In this document: positions 48,510-59,100 of the stretch, piece by piece
Position numbering within the stretch: position 1 is the first letter of the stretch
How the letters are laid out: each line of letters starts with the position of its first letter
Source: an uncultured delta proteobacterium
GTDB taxonomy: Bacteria > Desulfobacterota > Desulfobaccia > Desulfobaccales > 0-14-0-80-60-11
Length of the DNA: 64,000 bases
Assembly: GCA_963768765.1 (NCBI GenBank)
Contig: CAVYJK010000033.1
Location: 329-64,328, forward strand
Direction: 5' to 3'
The notes under the pieces: generated by a model
The model's input: the letters and a program-made list of their open reading frames with translations, nothing else
Database searches by the model: none
What the model was told of the DNA's origin: nothing
Made by a program: the position numbers and the translations under genes

Positions 48510-50021
48510 TCAGGCAGCCCGGAAGCGCCGGGCCTCGATGCCGTATTGCTTGATCTTGTACCCCAGGATCCTGAGGCTGGTATCCAGCAGATGGGCCGCT
48601 TTGCTCTGGTTGCCCCGGGTTTGGCGCAGGGCCTCGGCGATGAGCTCCTTTTCCAGGTGCTCCACCTGGGCGGTGAGGCCCCGGCGGTCGCCCCCCGGCT
48701 CCATGCGCTGCAGGGTGGGGGGGAGGTGCACGCTCAAGATGGTGTCCTCGTCGCACACCAGGACGGCCCGCTCGATGATGTTTTCCAGCTCCCTGACGTT
48801 GCCGGGCCAGGGATATTGCATCAACAGATCCAGGGCCGGGGCGGACAGGCGCTTCACCTGCTTGCCGTGCTCGACGGCGTACTTGGTCAGGAAGTGTTCG
48901 GCCAGCGCCGGGATGTCGGCCATGCGCTCCCGGAGCGGCGGCAGGTAGATGGGAAAGACGTTGAGGCGGTAGTAGAGGTCCTCTCTGAAAGTGCCCTTGG
49001 CCAAGGCCTGCTCCAGGTCCCGGTGGGTGGCGGCCAGCAGGCGCACGTCGGCCTTGAGGGTGCCGGTCCCGCCCAGGCGGGTGAACTCCCGCTCCTGGAT
49101 GACCCGGAGGATTTTGAGTTGCACGTTGGGGCTCAAATCGCCGATTTCGTCCAGGAAGATGGTGCCTCCCTGACCCAGTTCGAAGCGCCCTTGCTTGCGC
49201 TGCAGGGCTCCGGTGAAGGCCCCCCGTTCGTGCCCGAAGAGCTCGGACTCCACCAGGGTTTCGGGGAGCGCCGCCAGATTGACCTTGATGAAGGGTTTGT
49301 CGGCCCGGTGGCTGTTGTAGTGCAGGGCCGAAGCCACCAGCTCCTTGCCGGTGCCGGATTCGCCCCGGATGAGGATGGTGGCGTTGCTCTTGGCCACCCG
49401 TTCGATCATCTCGAAGACCTGGCGCATGCGGCCGCTGGTGCCGATGATGTTGCCCATCTGGTAGCGCTCCTGGAGCTGACCCTTCAGCTTCAGGTTCTCG
49501 TTGCGCAGCCGTTCCCTCTCCCGGTCGATGAGCAAGAGGTTGTTCACCGACTGGGCGATGATGGAGGCGATGATGGTGAGCAGCCGCAGGTCGTGGTCCA
49601 GGTCCAGGTCTCGGTGGAGGCGGTCCACGGACAGGGCCCCGATGGTCTTGTGGTTGAATTTGATGGGCACGCACAGGAACGACAGCTCGTCTTTTTCCCG
49701 GGCGCCCCGGGAGCGGGTGCGGTTCAGAAACAAGGGTTCCTGGGTCACCACGGGGACCACCGCGGGCTCGCCGGTCTCCACCACCCGGCCGGTGATGCCT
49801 TCTCCCAGTTTGTAGCGGCCCCGTTTGCGCGCCTCGGCGGTGAGGCCGTGGGCCACCTCGATCTGCAGCTCCGAGGTCTCCGGGTTTAAGATGGTGACGG
49901 TGCCCCGGCGCATGCCCATGCGCTGGGCCAGGATTTGCAGGATGCGCTGCAGACTCCGGGGCAGGGGCCCCAGGATGCCCAGGGTTTCGGTAATCTCGTA
50001 CAGCAGGGACAATTCATCCAT
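48510..50021 (-). CDS. NifA-like sigma54 activator (GAF-AAA+-HTH)
   Basis: GAF ([17 protein letters not shown]), [27 protein letters not shown]; no nif genes in the window. Confidence 0.9.
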   Translation of the reverse strand: MDELSLLYEITETLGILGPLPRSLQRILQILAQRMGMRRGTVTILNPETSELQIEVAHGLTAEARKRGRYKLGEGITGRVVETGEPAVVPVVTQEPLFLNRTRSRGAREKDELSFLCVPIKFNHKTIGALSVDRLHRDLDLDHDLRLLTIIASIIAQSVNNLLLIDRERERLRNENLKLKGQLQERYQMGNIIGTSGRMRQVFEMIERVAKSNATILIRGESGTGKELVASALHYNSHRADKPFIKVNLAALPETLVESELFGHERGAFTGALQRKQGRFELGQGGTIFLDEIGDLSPNVQLKILRVIQEREFTRLGGTGTLKADVRLLAATHRDLEQALAKGTFREDLYYRLNVFPIYLPPLRERMADIPALAEHFLTKYAVEHGKQVKRLSAPALDLLMQYPWPGNVRELENIIERAVLVCDEDTILSVHLPPTLQRMEPGGDRRGLTAQVEHLEKELIAEALRQTRGNQSKAAHLLDTSLRILGYKIKQYGIEARRFRAA

Positions 50022-50273
50022 AAGCCACCGTGCTCAATTGGTCGCGGTAAGTTCCGGTCGATCTCCTGGAATAACCTGGTGGGGCTTCAGGAGCCCAGCC
50101 ACTGCGGGGTGGCCCGCCCGCGGCCGACGAAATCTTGCAGATCGGCCGGTTGACAGCTACCTTCTTTTTAAGACAATATTCCAATTTCGTATAGCTTGCA
50201 AGAAAAATTACCGCTATATCTTACGAAATTGTGAGCTTGGCCTCCTGGGCCCGGAAAAACTGCGGGAGTCTCC

Positions 50274-50302
50274 TTGACAGTGTCCCATTTTTCAGCTATT
50301 TT
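50274..50302 (+). promoter_or_regulatory. sigma70 promoter for the Mla-like operon
   Basis: TTGACA-N17-TATTTT. Confidence 0.5.
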
Positions 50303-50393
50303 TAGACAGTTGAGGGAGGGCCGGGGGAAAATTTCGGTCTTTTTCCCCCTCCCGGGCTGCTCCCTCCATCCTCGGCATTCCGGGCGCTACCTG

Positions 50394-51179
50394 GTGCAAG
50401 ACCGCTTTTTCTATCGGGCCGGCCACACGGTCATGGGCTTCATCGATTACATGGGGGACCTCTCCCTGTTTTTCCTGGACGCCTGCCGCACCGTGCCGCA
50501 CCCGCCCTGGTTCTTCCGGGAAGTGATCGCCCAGATGTATCACCTGGGGGTGAGAACCTTTTTCCTGGTGGCGGTGGCCTCCTTTGCGGTGGGGTTGGTG
50601 CTGGCCATGCAGGGCATCAATGTCTTGACCATGTTCGGGGCTACCAATTACATTGCCACCAGCGTGGCCTTCACCTTTTTCCGCGGTTTGGGGCCGCTGC
50701 TGGCCGGCATCATGTTGGCTTCTCGGGGGGGGGCGGGCATGGGGGCGGAATTGGGCTCCATGCGGGTCACCCACCAGATCGACGCCCTCACCGTGAGCGC
50801 GGTGAACCCCATGAAATACCTGGTGGTCACCCGCATCCTGGCCTGCATATTGGTGACCCCGCTGCTGGCGGTGGCCTCCAACCTCATCGGCATCCTGGGC
50901 GGCATGATCATCGGCGTGGTCCAGGTGGGTATGACCCCACATTATTACTATACCCTAACCATCAAGTATCTGACCTTAAAAGACGTGTTGCCCGGGATCG
51001 GCAAGACCTCCGTTTTCGGGTTAATTGTGGGCACCGTGTCTTGCTTTCACGGCTACACCACGGAACACGGCACCTTCGGGGTGGGCCAGTCCACCAAGAC
51101 CGCGGTGGTGGCCTCCATCCTGCTGATATTGATCGCCGATGTCTTCCTCACCAAGATCCTCATACTCCTCTGGCCCTAA
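50394..51179 (+). CDS. mlaE: MlaE-family ABC permease
   Basis: LGPLL, AELGSMRVTHQIDAL, GVGQSTKTAVV; start uncertain (50394 or 50433). Confidence 0.88.
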   Translation: MQDRFFYRAGHTVMGFIDYMGDLSLFFLDACRTVPHPPWFFREVIAQMYHLGVRTFFLVAVASFAVGLVLAMQGINVLTMFGATNYIATSVAFTFFRGLGPLLAGIMLASRGGAGMGAELGSMRVTHQIDALTVSAVNPMKYLVVTRILACILVTPLLAVASNLIGILGGMIIGVVQVGMTPHYYYTLTIKYLTLKDVLPGIGKTSVFGLIVGTVSCFHGYTTEHGTFGVGQSTKTAVVASILLILIADVFLTKILILLWP

Positions 51180-51972
51180 GGCGCCGGCGGGAATCCGCCG
51201 GAAGGCCCCGGCCACCGAGAGGCCCTTGATCTCTTTCCAGGGGGTCTACAAGACCTTTGAGGACAACGAAGTGCTCAAAGGAGTGGACCTGGATATTTTT
51301 CCCGGGGAGACCCAGGTGATCCTGGGCCGCAGCGGCTCCGGCAAGACCGTGCTCACCAGCATGCTGGTGGGCCTCAACGCCCCCGACGCCGGCAGCATCA
51401 AGGTGGCCGGGGTAGAGCTCACGGAGTTCACCACCGACGCCGACTGGTGGGACCTGCGCTTGAGGGCCGGCTACCTCTTCCAGGGCTCGGCCCTGTATGA
51501 CTCCATGACCGTGGGGGAGAACGTGGCTTTCCCCATGGTGCAGCACACCGAATGGAGCGCCGAGGAGATGGGGCGCCGGGTGCGGGAGAAACTGGCCCAG
51601 GTGGATCTGGAAGGAATAGAGGGGATGGAGCCGGCGGAGCTCTCAGGCGGCATGGCGCGCCGGGTGGCCCTGGCCCGCAGCCTGGCCCTGGACCCCCAGA
51701 TCATCATCTATGACGAACCCACCTCCGGCCTGGACCCCATCACCGGGGATGAGATCAGCCAACTGATCCGCCACCTCCAGGGGGCCTTGAAGGTTACCTC
51801 CATCGTGGTCACCCACGACCTCAGGCTGGCGGAGCAGGTGGCCGACCACATTGCCCTGCTCTTTCAGGGCCAGTGGGTCTTCTTAGGGACCTATGAAGAG
51901 TTCCTGCAATCTTCCCACCCGGAGGTGCTGCGCTTTCTCCACCGCGGCCCCCAGGAGGAGACGCACCCATGA
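51139..51972 (+). CDS. mlaF: MlaF-family ABC ATPase
   Basis: GRSGSGKT, FQGSALYDS, LSGGMARR, YDEPTSGLDP; true start may be TTG 51226. Confidence 0.88.
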   Translation: MSSSPRSSYSSGPKAPAGIRRKAPATERPLISFQGVYKTFEDNEVLKGVDLDIFPGETQVILGRSGSGKTVLTSMLVGLNAPDAGSIKVAGVELTEFTTDADWWDLRLRAGYLFQGSALYDSMTVGENVAFPMVQHTEWSAEEMGRRVREKLAQVDLEGIEGMEPAELSGGMARRVALARSLALDPQIIIYDEPTSGLDPITGDEISQLIRHLQGALKVTSIVVTHDLRLAEQVADHIALLFQGQWVFLGTYEEFLQSSHPEVLRFLHRGPQEETHP

Positions 51973-52976
51973 TTTCACGCAAGTACGAAACCATCGTGGG
52001 CATTTTTGTGGTGGCCTCTCTGGTGGCCTTGCTCGTGATGGTCCTGATCATCGCCCGGCAGGAGGGCCTCTTTCAGGAATACGTGGAATACCGGGCGATC
52101 TTCAGTAATGTCAGCGGCCTGAAACCGGGCTCCGAGGTGCACCTGGCCGGAGTGACCGTGGGCAATGTCACGGATATCGTCATCAACCCCAACGGCACCA
52201 TCGTGGTGACCTTCAAGGTCATGAAAAAATACAGCGACCGGATCCGCTGGGATTCCCAGGCTTCCATCGGGTTCATGGGGCTGCTGGGAGAAAAGAGCCT
52301 GGACCTCACCGCCGGTACCCTGGAGAAACCACCGGTCCCCCCCGAGGGTTTTGTGGCCGCGTCCGAGCCTCTGGATATCACCCAGCTTCTGGCCAAGGCC
52401 GCCCCCAGCCTGGGGGACGTGCAAAAGATCCTCAACAACCTGGTGGCCCTCACCTCCAAGATGACGGAGCCGGACGGTGAATTCAGCAAGACCATGGAGC
52501 AGGTCTCCCAGATCGTCACCAAGATCAACCAGGGTAAAGGCAGCCTGGGAATGCTGATTAATAACCCGGATCTATACAAAGAAGCCACCCAGACGGCGGC
52601 CGGAGCCAACAAGTTTATCACCGATCTGGACCAGAGCATTTTTGGGACCTCTGAGAAAAAGGGGGCCTTCAAGGAGAAGACCCAGCAGACGCTGACGGAA
52701 TTCCATGCCACCATCGCCAATGCCGGCAAGGCGGTCAACGATTTGAAGGATGCCACTACCCGGCTGCCGAACATCGTCAAAAAACTGGATTCTTTTCTTA
52801 CCAATCTGGATAAGGCCGGGAAGGGCCTGCCGGGACTGGTGACCTCCGGCGAGACCTTGTTCAGCGACGCCGACAAGGCCGCCAAGGCGGCGCAGCAGTC
52901 CTGGTTCTTGCGCCAATACGTGCCCAAACCTGAAGAACATACCATCCGGATGGACGGGGCGCCGGGAAAGGATTAG
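51969..52976 (+). CDS. mlaD: MlaD/MCE-domain protein with long helical C-terminus
   Basis: TM anchor, VSGLKPGSEV.LAGVTVGNV, GLLGEK, GKGSLG. Confidence 0.88.
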   Translation: MISRKYETIVGIFVVASLVALLVMVLIIARQEGLFQEYVEYRAIFSNVSGLKPGSEVHLAGVTVGNVTDIVINPNGTIVVTFKVMKKYSDRIRWDSQASIGFMGLLGEKSLDLTAGTLEKPPVPPEGFVAASEPLDITQLLAKAAPSLGDVQKILNNLVALTSKMTEPDGEFSKTMEQVSQIVTKINQGKGSLGMLINNPDLYKEATQTAAGANKFITDLDQSIFGTSEKKGAFKEKTQQTLTEFHATIANAGKAVNDLKDATTRLPNIVKKLDSFLTNLDKAGKGLPGLVTSGETLFSDADKAAKAAQQSWFLRQYVPKPEEHTIRMDGAPGKD

Positions 52977-52978
52977 GC

Positions 52979-53896
52979 GTGAGGTACAAGTGGGCTTGGC
53001 TGGGGATGATTTGGCTGGTGGGGCTGGGCTGCGCCGGGCCCGCCAAGACCGGCGTGGACCTGAAAAGTAAGGCCGTCTCCTTGAACGAAGCCGGATACGA
53101 CTATTACCGCCAGAGCCGCTTCAACCTGGCGCAGGAGAAATTTGCCCAGGCCCTCAAGTACAACCGCCTCATCGACCGCCGGGTGGGAATTGCCTCCAAT
53201 CTCAACAACCTGGGGGTGATCGCCCAGGAGCAGGGCGACCTGGACCGGGCGGTGGCCTATTTTCAGGAAGCCCTGTCCCTCAACCGGGAATCTGGAGACC
53301 CCGCGGCCCTCAGCGAGACTTTGAACAACCTGGGGGTGGCTTACCAGGCGACAGGTCGCCTGGACGCGGCGGCGGACGCCTTCCAGGAAGCCCTGGGACT
53401 GGCGCGCCAGCTTCCCCCGGGGCCGCTCCTGGCGCTGTCGCTGACCCACCTGGGGGACGTGGCCCGGGGGCGGCGGGATTACGACCTGGCCCTGAACTAC
53501 TACCACCAGGCCCTGATGGTGGACGAAGGCAGGAAGGACGCCCGGGGCCGGGCCACGCGCTGGGAGCGGCTGGGCCGCACCTTCCTGGATTTAAAGGATT
53601 ACGGCCGGGCCGGCGTTTACCTGAACGAGGCGCTGCGGGAGTTCCGCCGCCTCCAGGACACCGACGGCATCGCCGACACCCTCAAGGACTTGACCCTGCT
53701 GGCCCTGGCCCGGGGCGACCGGGAGGAGGCCATGATCAACGGCAACCTCCTGTTGGAGATCTACCAGGCCCGGGGCCAGGAAGGGAAAGCGCAGAAGTTG
53801 GAGGCCTTACTTAGGGGCAGGGGAGGCCAGGGGCCAGGGATTAGGGGTCAGGGGTCAGGGAAAGATAATCACCGAAAACCGAAAGCTGAAAATTAA
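52979..53896 (+). CDS. TPR-repeat lipoprotein
   Basis: GLGC lipobox; repeated LNNLGV..A.YFQEAL; C-terminal tail derived from heptamer repeats. Confidence 0.85.
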   Translation: MRYKWAWLGMIWLVGLGCAGPAKTGVDLKSKAVSLNEAGYDYYRQSRFNLAQEKFAQALKYNRLIDRRVGIASNLNNLGVIAQEQGDLDRAVAYFQEALSLNRESGDPAALSETLNNLGVAYQATGRLDAAADAFQEALGLARQLPPGPLLALSLTHLGDVARGRRDYDLALNYYHQALMVDEGRKDARGRATRWERLGRTFLDLKDYGRAGVYLNEALREFRRLQDTDGIADTLKDLTLLALARGDREEAMINGNLLLEIYQARGQEGKAQKLEALLRGRGGQGPGIRGQGSGKDNHRKPKAEN

Positions 53897-53908
53897 CTAC
53901 TAACCGCG

Positions 53909-54847
53909 ATGTTATTCTCCACCCCCACCCGGGCGGCGCTGATCAGCGTCGGGTCCAACACCCTGCTGGTGTTGGCCAAGGCGGTGGTAGCGGTGCTTTC
54001 CGGCAGCGCGGCGCTGATGAGCGAGGCGCTGCACTCCGGCCTGGACCTGCTGGCCGCCCTGATGGCCTGGATTTCCCTGCGCTTTTCGTCCCACCCGCCC
54101 GACTGGCAGCATCCCTACGGCCACGGCAAATGGGAAAATATCAGCGCCTTCCTGGAGGGCCTGCTCATCCTGGCGGTGGCCCTGGGGGTCTTTTACCAGT
54201 CGGCGCCCCGCATCCTGCACCCGGTGCCCCTGACCCTGGTGCCTTGGGGCCTGGCGGTGCTGGCGGCGTCCTCCGGGGTCAACCTGCTGGTCTCCCGGGC
54301 CCTGAAGCGGGCCGCCCGGCGCTTCGATTCCGTGGCCTTGGAGGCCGACGCGGCCCATCTGGCGACGGACGTCTATACCTCCGCCGGCGCCCTGGTGGGC
54401 CTCCTGGGCTATCAACTGACGGGGAACCCCCTCTTTGACACCGTAGCCGCCCTGGGGGTGGGTCTCATCATCCTGGGGATCGGGCTGAAGGTCACCTATG
54501 GGGCGCTGCACGGCCTGCTGGACACCCGGCTGCCGGCCCTGGAGGAGGAAGAAGTCCGGCAGATGGTCCAGGGGCTGGAGCCCATCCTGGAGATCAGGGA
54601 CCTCAGGAGCCGCAAGGCCGGGCCGGTGCGCTACCTTAACCTCACCCTGGGGGTCTGCCGCTGGGAATCCCTGGACCAGATCCACCGGGTGTGCGACCAG
54701 CTGGAGGCCAAAATCCGGGAGCGCTTTCCCGGGGCCATGATCTTCATCCATCCGGAGCCCTGCCTTATCAAGCCCACCAACGGCGATCCCTCCACTTGCG
54801 CCTGCCCCTTGCAGATGAACATTTCCTACCCCGTAAAGCAGGAATAA
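53909..54847 (+). CDS. Cation diffusion facilitator transporter (FieF-like)
   Basis: SEALHSGLD, HPYGHGK.E, ADAAHLATD, IHPEP. Confidence 0.92.
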   Translation: MLFSTPTRAALISVGSNTLLVLAKAVVAVLSGSAALMSEALHSGLDLLAALMAWISLRFSSHPPDWQHPYGHGKWENISAFLEGLLILAVALGVFYQSAPRILHPVPLTLVPWGLAVLAASSGVNLLVSRALKRAARRFDSVALEADAAHLATDVYTSAGALVGLLGYQLTGNPLFDTVAALGVGLIILGIGLKVTYGALHGLLDTRLPALEEEEVRQMVQGLEPILEIRDLRSRKAGPVRYLNLTLGVCRWESLDQIHRVCDQLEAKIRERFPGAMIFIHPEPCLIKPTNGDPSTCACPLQMNISYPVKQE

Positions 54848-54850
54848 CCT

Positions 54851-55003
54851 CCAGCAGGCGGTTGAAAAACTCCCAAAATCGCGATTTTGTCATCCTGAGC
54901 GCCGCGAAGAATCTATCATTTTCAGCAGGTTGAGATCCTTCAGCAAAGGGGGTTAAAAGACCGTGGTTTTAAATGTCATAGCAATTATGAAGCGCCACAC
55001 TAG
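54851..55003. repeat. Composite repeat remnant (IS-like end + GTCATCCTGAGC palindrome)
   Basis: agcaggcggttgaaaaa; tgtcatcctgagcg..gaagaatct..gagatccttc; ends aattatgaagcgccacactag, resembling the 7013-7213 right end. Confidence 0.5.
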
Positions 55004-55188
55004 ACCGTCTTCTGAATCCAAGAAAAATATAAATTGTTAGAACCCCGGAGCCGGGACCACCGGCAGAGTCGGCTCGGCTCCATTTTTCCTTCCCCGAAAC
55101 CGGGGTGACCCTCTGGCGCTTCTTAATATCAAGTCTTATTTATTAAAAAATGTCCCAAATCATCCGGTGCGGTTGCTGGTTTTAAGGC

Positions 55189-55788
55189 ATGCACGTTTTC
55201 CTTCACTGGGTAAAGACTTACGGCTATCTGGGGGTATTTTCCTCCCTGATGCTGGGGATGTTCGGCCTGCCGGTGCCGGACGAATCCATCCTGACCTTCA
55301 CCGGTTTTTTGGTTTATAAAAATTACCTGCACCTGGCGCCCGCGGTTATTTCCGCTTTTCTCGGCAGCATTTTCGGCATCACCCTGAATTACCTGGTGGG
55401 GCGGTTTGTGGGCTTCCCTCTGGTGCACAAATACGGTCGCCATATTCACCTCTTTCCGGAAAAACTGGACCGGGCCCAGCAATGGTTCGAGAAATACGGC
55501 AAATGGGCCCTGTTCATCGGCTATTTTCTCCCCGGCATTCGCCACCTCACCGCCTTCACCGCCGGGACCACCCGCCTGCGGTACCGGGTCTTTGCCCCCT
55601 TCGCTTATGCGGGCGGCTTCCTTTGGGTGGCTGCCTTCATCACCGTGGGTTACTTGGTGGGAGAAGAATGGTCCAGGATAATCCCCCGGGTCCAGGCCTA
55701 CCTCTGGGAGTTGGTGGCCGTGCTCCTGGCCCTGGCCGTGCTGGCCTACCTGGTTGAGAGAATCAGGCGCCTGGGCCGGCAGGGTTAG
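55189..55788 (+). CDS. DedA family membrane protein
   Basis: GLPVPDE, FEKYG, FLPGIRH, AG. Confidence 0.9.
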   Translation: MHVFLHWVKTYGYLGVFSSLMLGMFGLPVPDESILTFTGFLVYKNYLHLAPAVISAFLGSIFGITLNYLVGRFVGFPLVHKYGRHIHLFPEKLDRAQQWFEKYGKWALFIGYFLPGIRHLTAFTAGTTRLRYRVFAPFAYAGGFLWVAAFITVGYLVGEEWSRIIPRVQAYLWELVAVLLALAVLAYLVERIRRLGRQG

Positions 55789-56117
55789 GAGCACCTGGCA
55801 TGGATAAAGAAAAATCAGGCGGTGGCGCCATTTTGAGCCAAACTAAAACCTGGGTAAGTTTACGGCAATCAAGCCGTCATGGAGGTTTCATGGCTTGCGT
55901 CCCGGCCGGCGGCCATGACCCCAAAGTGCCCGCGGCCCGTCGTCTCCCGGTGCTTCTGCGACAAGTTCTTTCTCCCGGCCCGACTCAGATCCCACTTTGG
56001 GGTCAACAGATATGCCATAATAATCTGGCGGAGCTTTTTCCTAAAAAGCATTATGGCCTTAGAATTCTCATAAAGTTATTGAATATCCTCTAGTTTCATA
56101 GAGATCGAGGATTAATT

Positions 56118-59100
56118 ATGGAACAGATCCTCCTTTTCCTGGACGACCCGGAGGCCCGCAAGCTGCTACCGGGGTTGCGGGCGGGCGACTTCCAGGCAGC
56201 GGCGGCGGATAGCGCCGCGGCCCTGGCGCAGCCCTGCGACCTGGCCATCGTCGACCTCCCCAGGCTGGGCCGGATGCGGGGCCCCTTAAGGGCCCGGAAG
56301 AAGGTCGAAGAACCGGTCCTGTTTCCCGTGCTCCTGGCAATCTTACCCCAAGAACTGGAACAGGTGTCTTCGGAGTTGGGTCTCACGGCGGATGAAATTA
56401 TCCTCCTGCCCGTGGAGCCGCAGGAATTGCGGCTGCGGGTGGGGAATCTGCTCCGGGCCCGGCGGCTCTCCCGGGAGTTGCAGGCCCGGCAAAGGGAAGT
56501 GGAGGCGGGCAAGGCCGTCAAAGAAAGGTTTCAGGCCCTATTCGAGTTCTCCCCCCTGGCCGTCATGTCCCTGGACCCCAACGGACTGGTCACCGGCTGG
56601 AACCCGGCGGCGGAACGCCTGTTCGGCTGGCGGGCGGACGAGGTGCTGGGCCGGCCCCTGCCGACGGTCCCCGAGGAATACCAGGAAGAGCTTGCGGACC
56701 TCATCCGCCGGGAGCAGGCCGGGGAACGCGTGGCAGGCGTCGAGGTGCACCGGGTCCGACGGGATGGCACCCCTATCCGGGTGAAACTGGACTCTGCCTT
56801 GATACGAGACGCCGGGGGCAATATTACCGGCTTCCTGGGAATTCTGGAGGACATCACCGACCAGAAGCGGACAGAGGAGGAAATCAAGCGGCTGGCCTCG
56901 TTCCCGCAATTAAACCCAAACCCGGTTTTAGAGGTGGATCTTTCCGGCAGGATCACTTTTTCCAATGAGGCCACCGCCGAGGCGGTTGAGAAACTAGGGC
57001 TCTCGGAAATAGCCGAGTTTCTACCTTCAGACCTGACGGAAATTATCACCGCGGCAAGCCAGGATGAAGAGAGTCGCTTTTACCGCGAGAAAAGGTCGGC
57101 GAAGGCGAGTTTCGGGCAGATTATTCATTATGTCAAGCCCTTCAACGTGTTGCGAATCTACACCTTCGACATCACGGCGCGCCGGGAGGCCGAAGAAGCG
57201 GAACGCCGCGCCAGGGAGGACTGGGAGCGCACCTTCGATGCGGTGCCCGACCTCATCGCCATCCTGGACCAGGAGCACCGGGTGGTGCGCGGCAACCGGG
57301 CCATGGCCGCGGCCCTGGGGTTGGAGCCGGGGCAGCTGGTGGGCCGGCCCTGCTACAAGGTCGTGCACGGGATGACGGAGCCGCCGCCCTTCTGCCCCCA
57401 CACCCAACTGCTCAAGGACGGGCAGGCACACACTGCGGAGGTCCATGAACTGGACCGGCATTTCCTGGTGACCGCCTCGCCCCTCACCGATGAGCAAGGC
57501 CGGACCGTGGGCAGCGTCCACGTGGCCCGGGACATTACCGAGCGCAAGCAGGCCGAGGAGGCCGTGCGCCGCCAGGCAGAGCTCCTGGACCTGGCCAATG
57601 ACGCCATCTTGGTCTGGGATCTCAAAAACCGCATCGTCTTCTGGAACCGGGGCGCCGCAGAATTTTACGGCTGGACGAAAGAAGAAGTCCTGGCGCAGGA
57701 TACCCACCAGCTGCTAAAAACCGAGTTTCCCCAGCCCCTGAACGAGATGGAAGAGGAATTGCTGAAGACCGGGCGCTGGGAAGGGGAATTAATCCACTAC
57801 GCCCGGGACGGCCGGCGCCTGGTGGTGGCCGCCCGCTGGGCCCTGCATCGGGACGAGCCCGGCAAGCCCGCCCGCGTCCTGCAGATCTGTACCGACATCA
57901 CCGCCCGCAAGCAGGCGGAAGAGGCCCTCAAAAGAGCCCACGCCGAACTGGAACTCCGGGTGGAGGAGCGCACCGCGGACCTGAAGGCCGCGGTGGAGCA
58001 ATTGCAGGAGGAAGTGACCGAGCGTCAGCGGGCCGAAAAGCAGGCGGAAAGCATCGGGAGGCTCTACCGGTTGCTGAGTCAAGTCAACGAGGCCATCGTG
58101 CGCGCCCCTGACCAGGATACCCTATTTAAGCAGATCTGCCGCATCGCGGTGGAAGAAGGGCTCTTTCGCATGGCCTGGGTGGGGCTCACTGATCCCTCCG
58201 GCCGTAAGGTCAGGTCGGTGGCCCAATACGGTTTTGACGAGGGCTACCTGGAAACCCTGGTGATTCCTTTGGAAGACGTCCCCGAAAGCCGTGGCCCCAC
58301 CGGCATCGCCGTCCGGGAGGGGAGATTCGACGTTTGCAACGACTTCGCCTCGGACCCTCCGCATGGCCCCCTGGCGGGAACGGGCTCTGGCCCGGGGTTA
58401 TCGCTCCTCCGGGGCCTTTCCTCTGCGGGTGGAAGCCAAGGTGGTAGGAGCCCTGACCCTTTACGCCGGGAGGCCGGGGTTCTTCAACGAAGAGGAAATC
58501 GCCCTGCTGGAGTCCCTGACCGGCGACCTGTCCTTCGCCATGGAATCCATGGATCGAAAAGCCAAGCGCCGGCAGGCGGAGGAGGCGCTGGCCAAGCATG
58601 CGGCGCTGGTGCACGACCTTTACAATAACGCACCCTGCGGCTATCACTCGCTGGACCAGGAAGGCACAGTGGTGCAGATCAACGATACCGAGCTGGCCTG
58701 GCTGGGGTACACGCGAGACGAAGTAATGGGACGGATGAAGCTCTCCGACCTCCTTACGGCCGACAGCCTGGAAACCTTCCAGAAAAACTTCGCCGGTTTC
58801 AAGGAGAGAGGCTGGGTGCGCGATCTCGAGTTCGAGCTGGTTCGCAAGGACGGCACCGTTATGCCCGTGCTTCTGAGCGCCACGGCCATCAGAGATGAAG
58901 CCGGCAATTACCTGATGAGCCGGTCTACGGTCTTCGACATCACCGACCGTCGGCGGGCCGAGGAAGCGCTCAGGGCCAGCGAGGAGCGCTTCGCTCCAGT
59001 TCATGCAGCATCTGCCCGGCGTGGCCACTATGCGGGACGCCCAGGGACGCTACGTATTTGTCAACGAGGCCTGGGAAGACACTTACAAGATAAAGTCATC

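Noticed and set aside
36839..49889. Long antisense or alternate-frame ORFs (e.g. 36839-38365+, 38959-40464+, 48546-49889+)
   Set aside because: Shadow ORFs expected from high-GC codon bias opposite well-supported genes; no motifs
48510..50021. Calling the activator nifA and inferring nitrogen fixation
   Set aside because: No nif genes in the window, and the repeated upstream motif is not TGT-N10-ACA; context is ammonium assimilation
56002..56018. sigma54 promoter TGGCATATCTGTTGAC on the minus strand
   Set aside because: The -12 element is GA rather than GC, and no credible gene lies downstream
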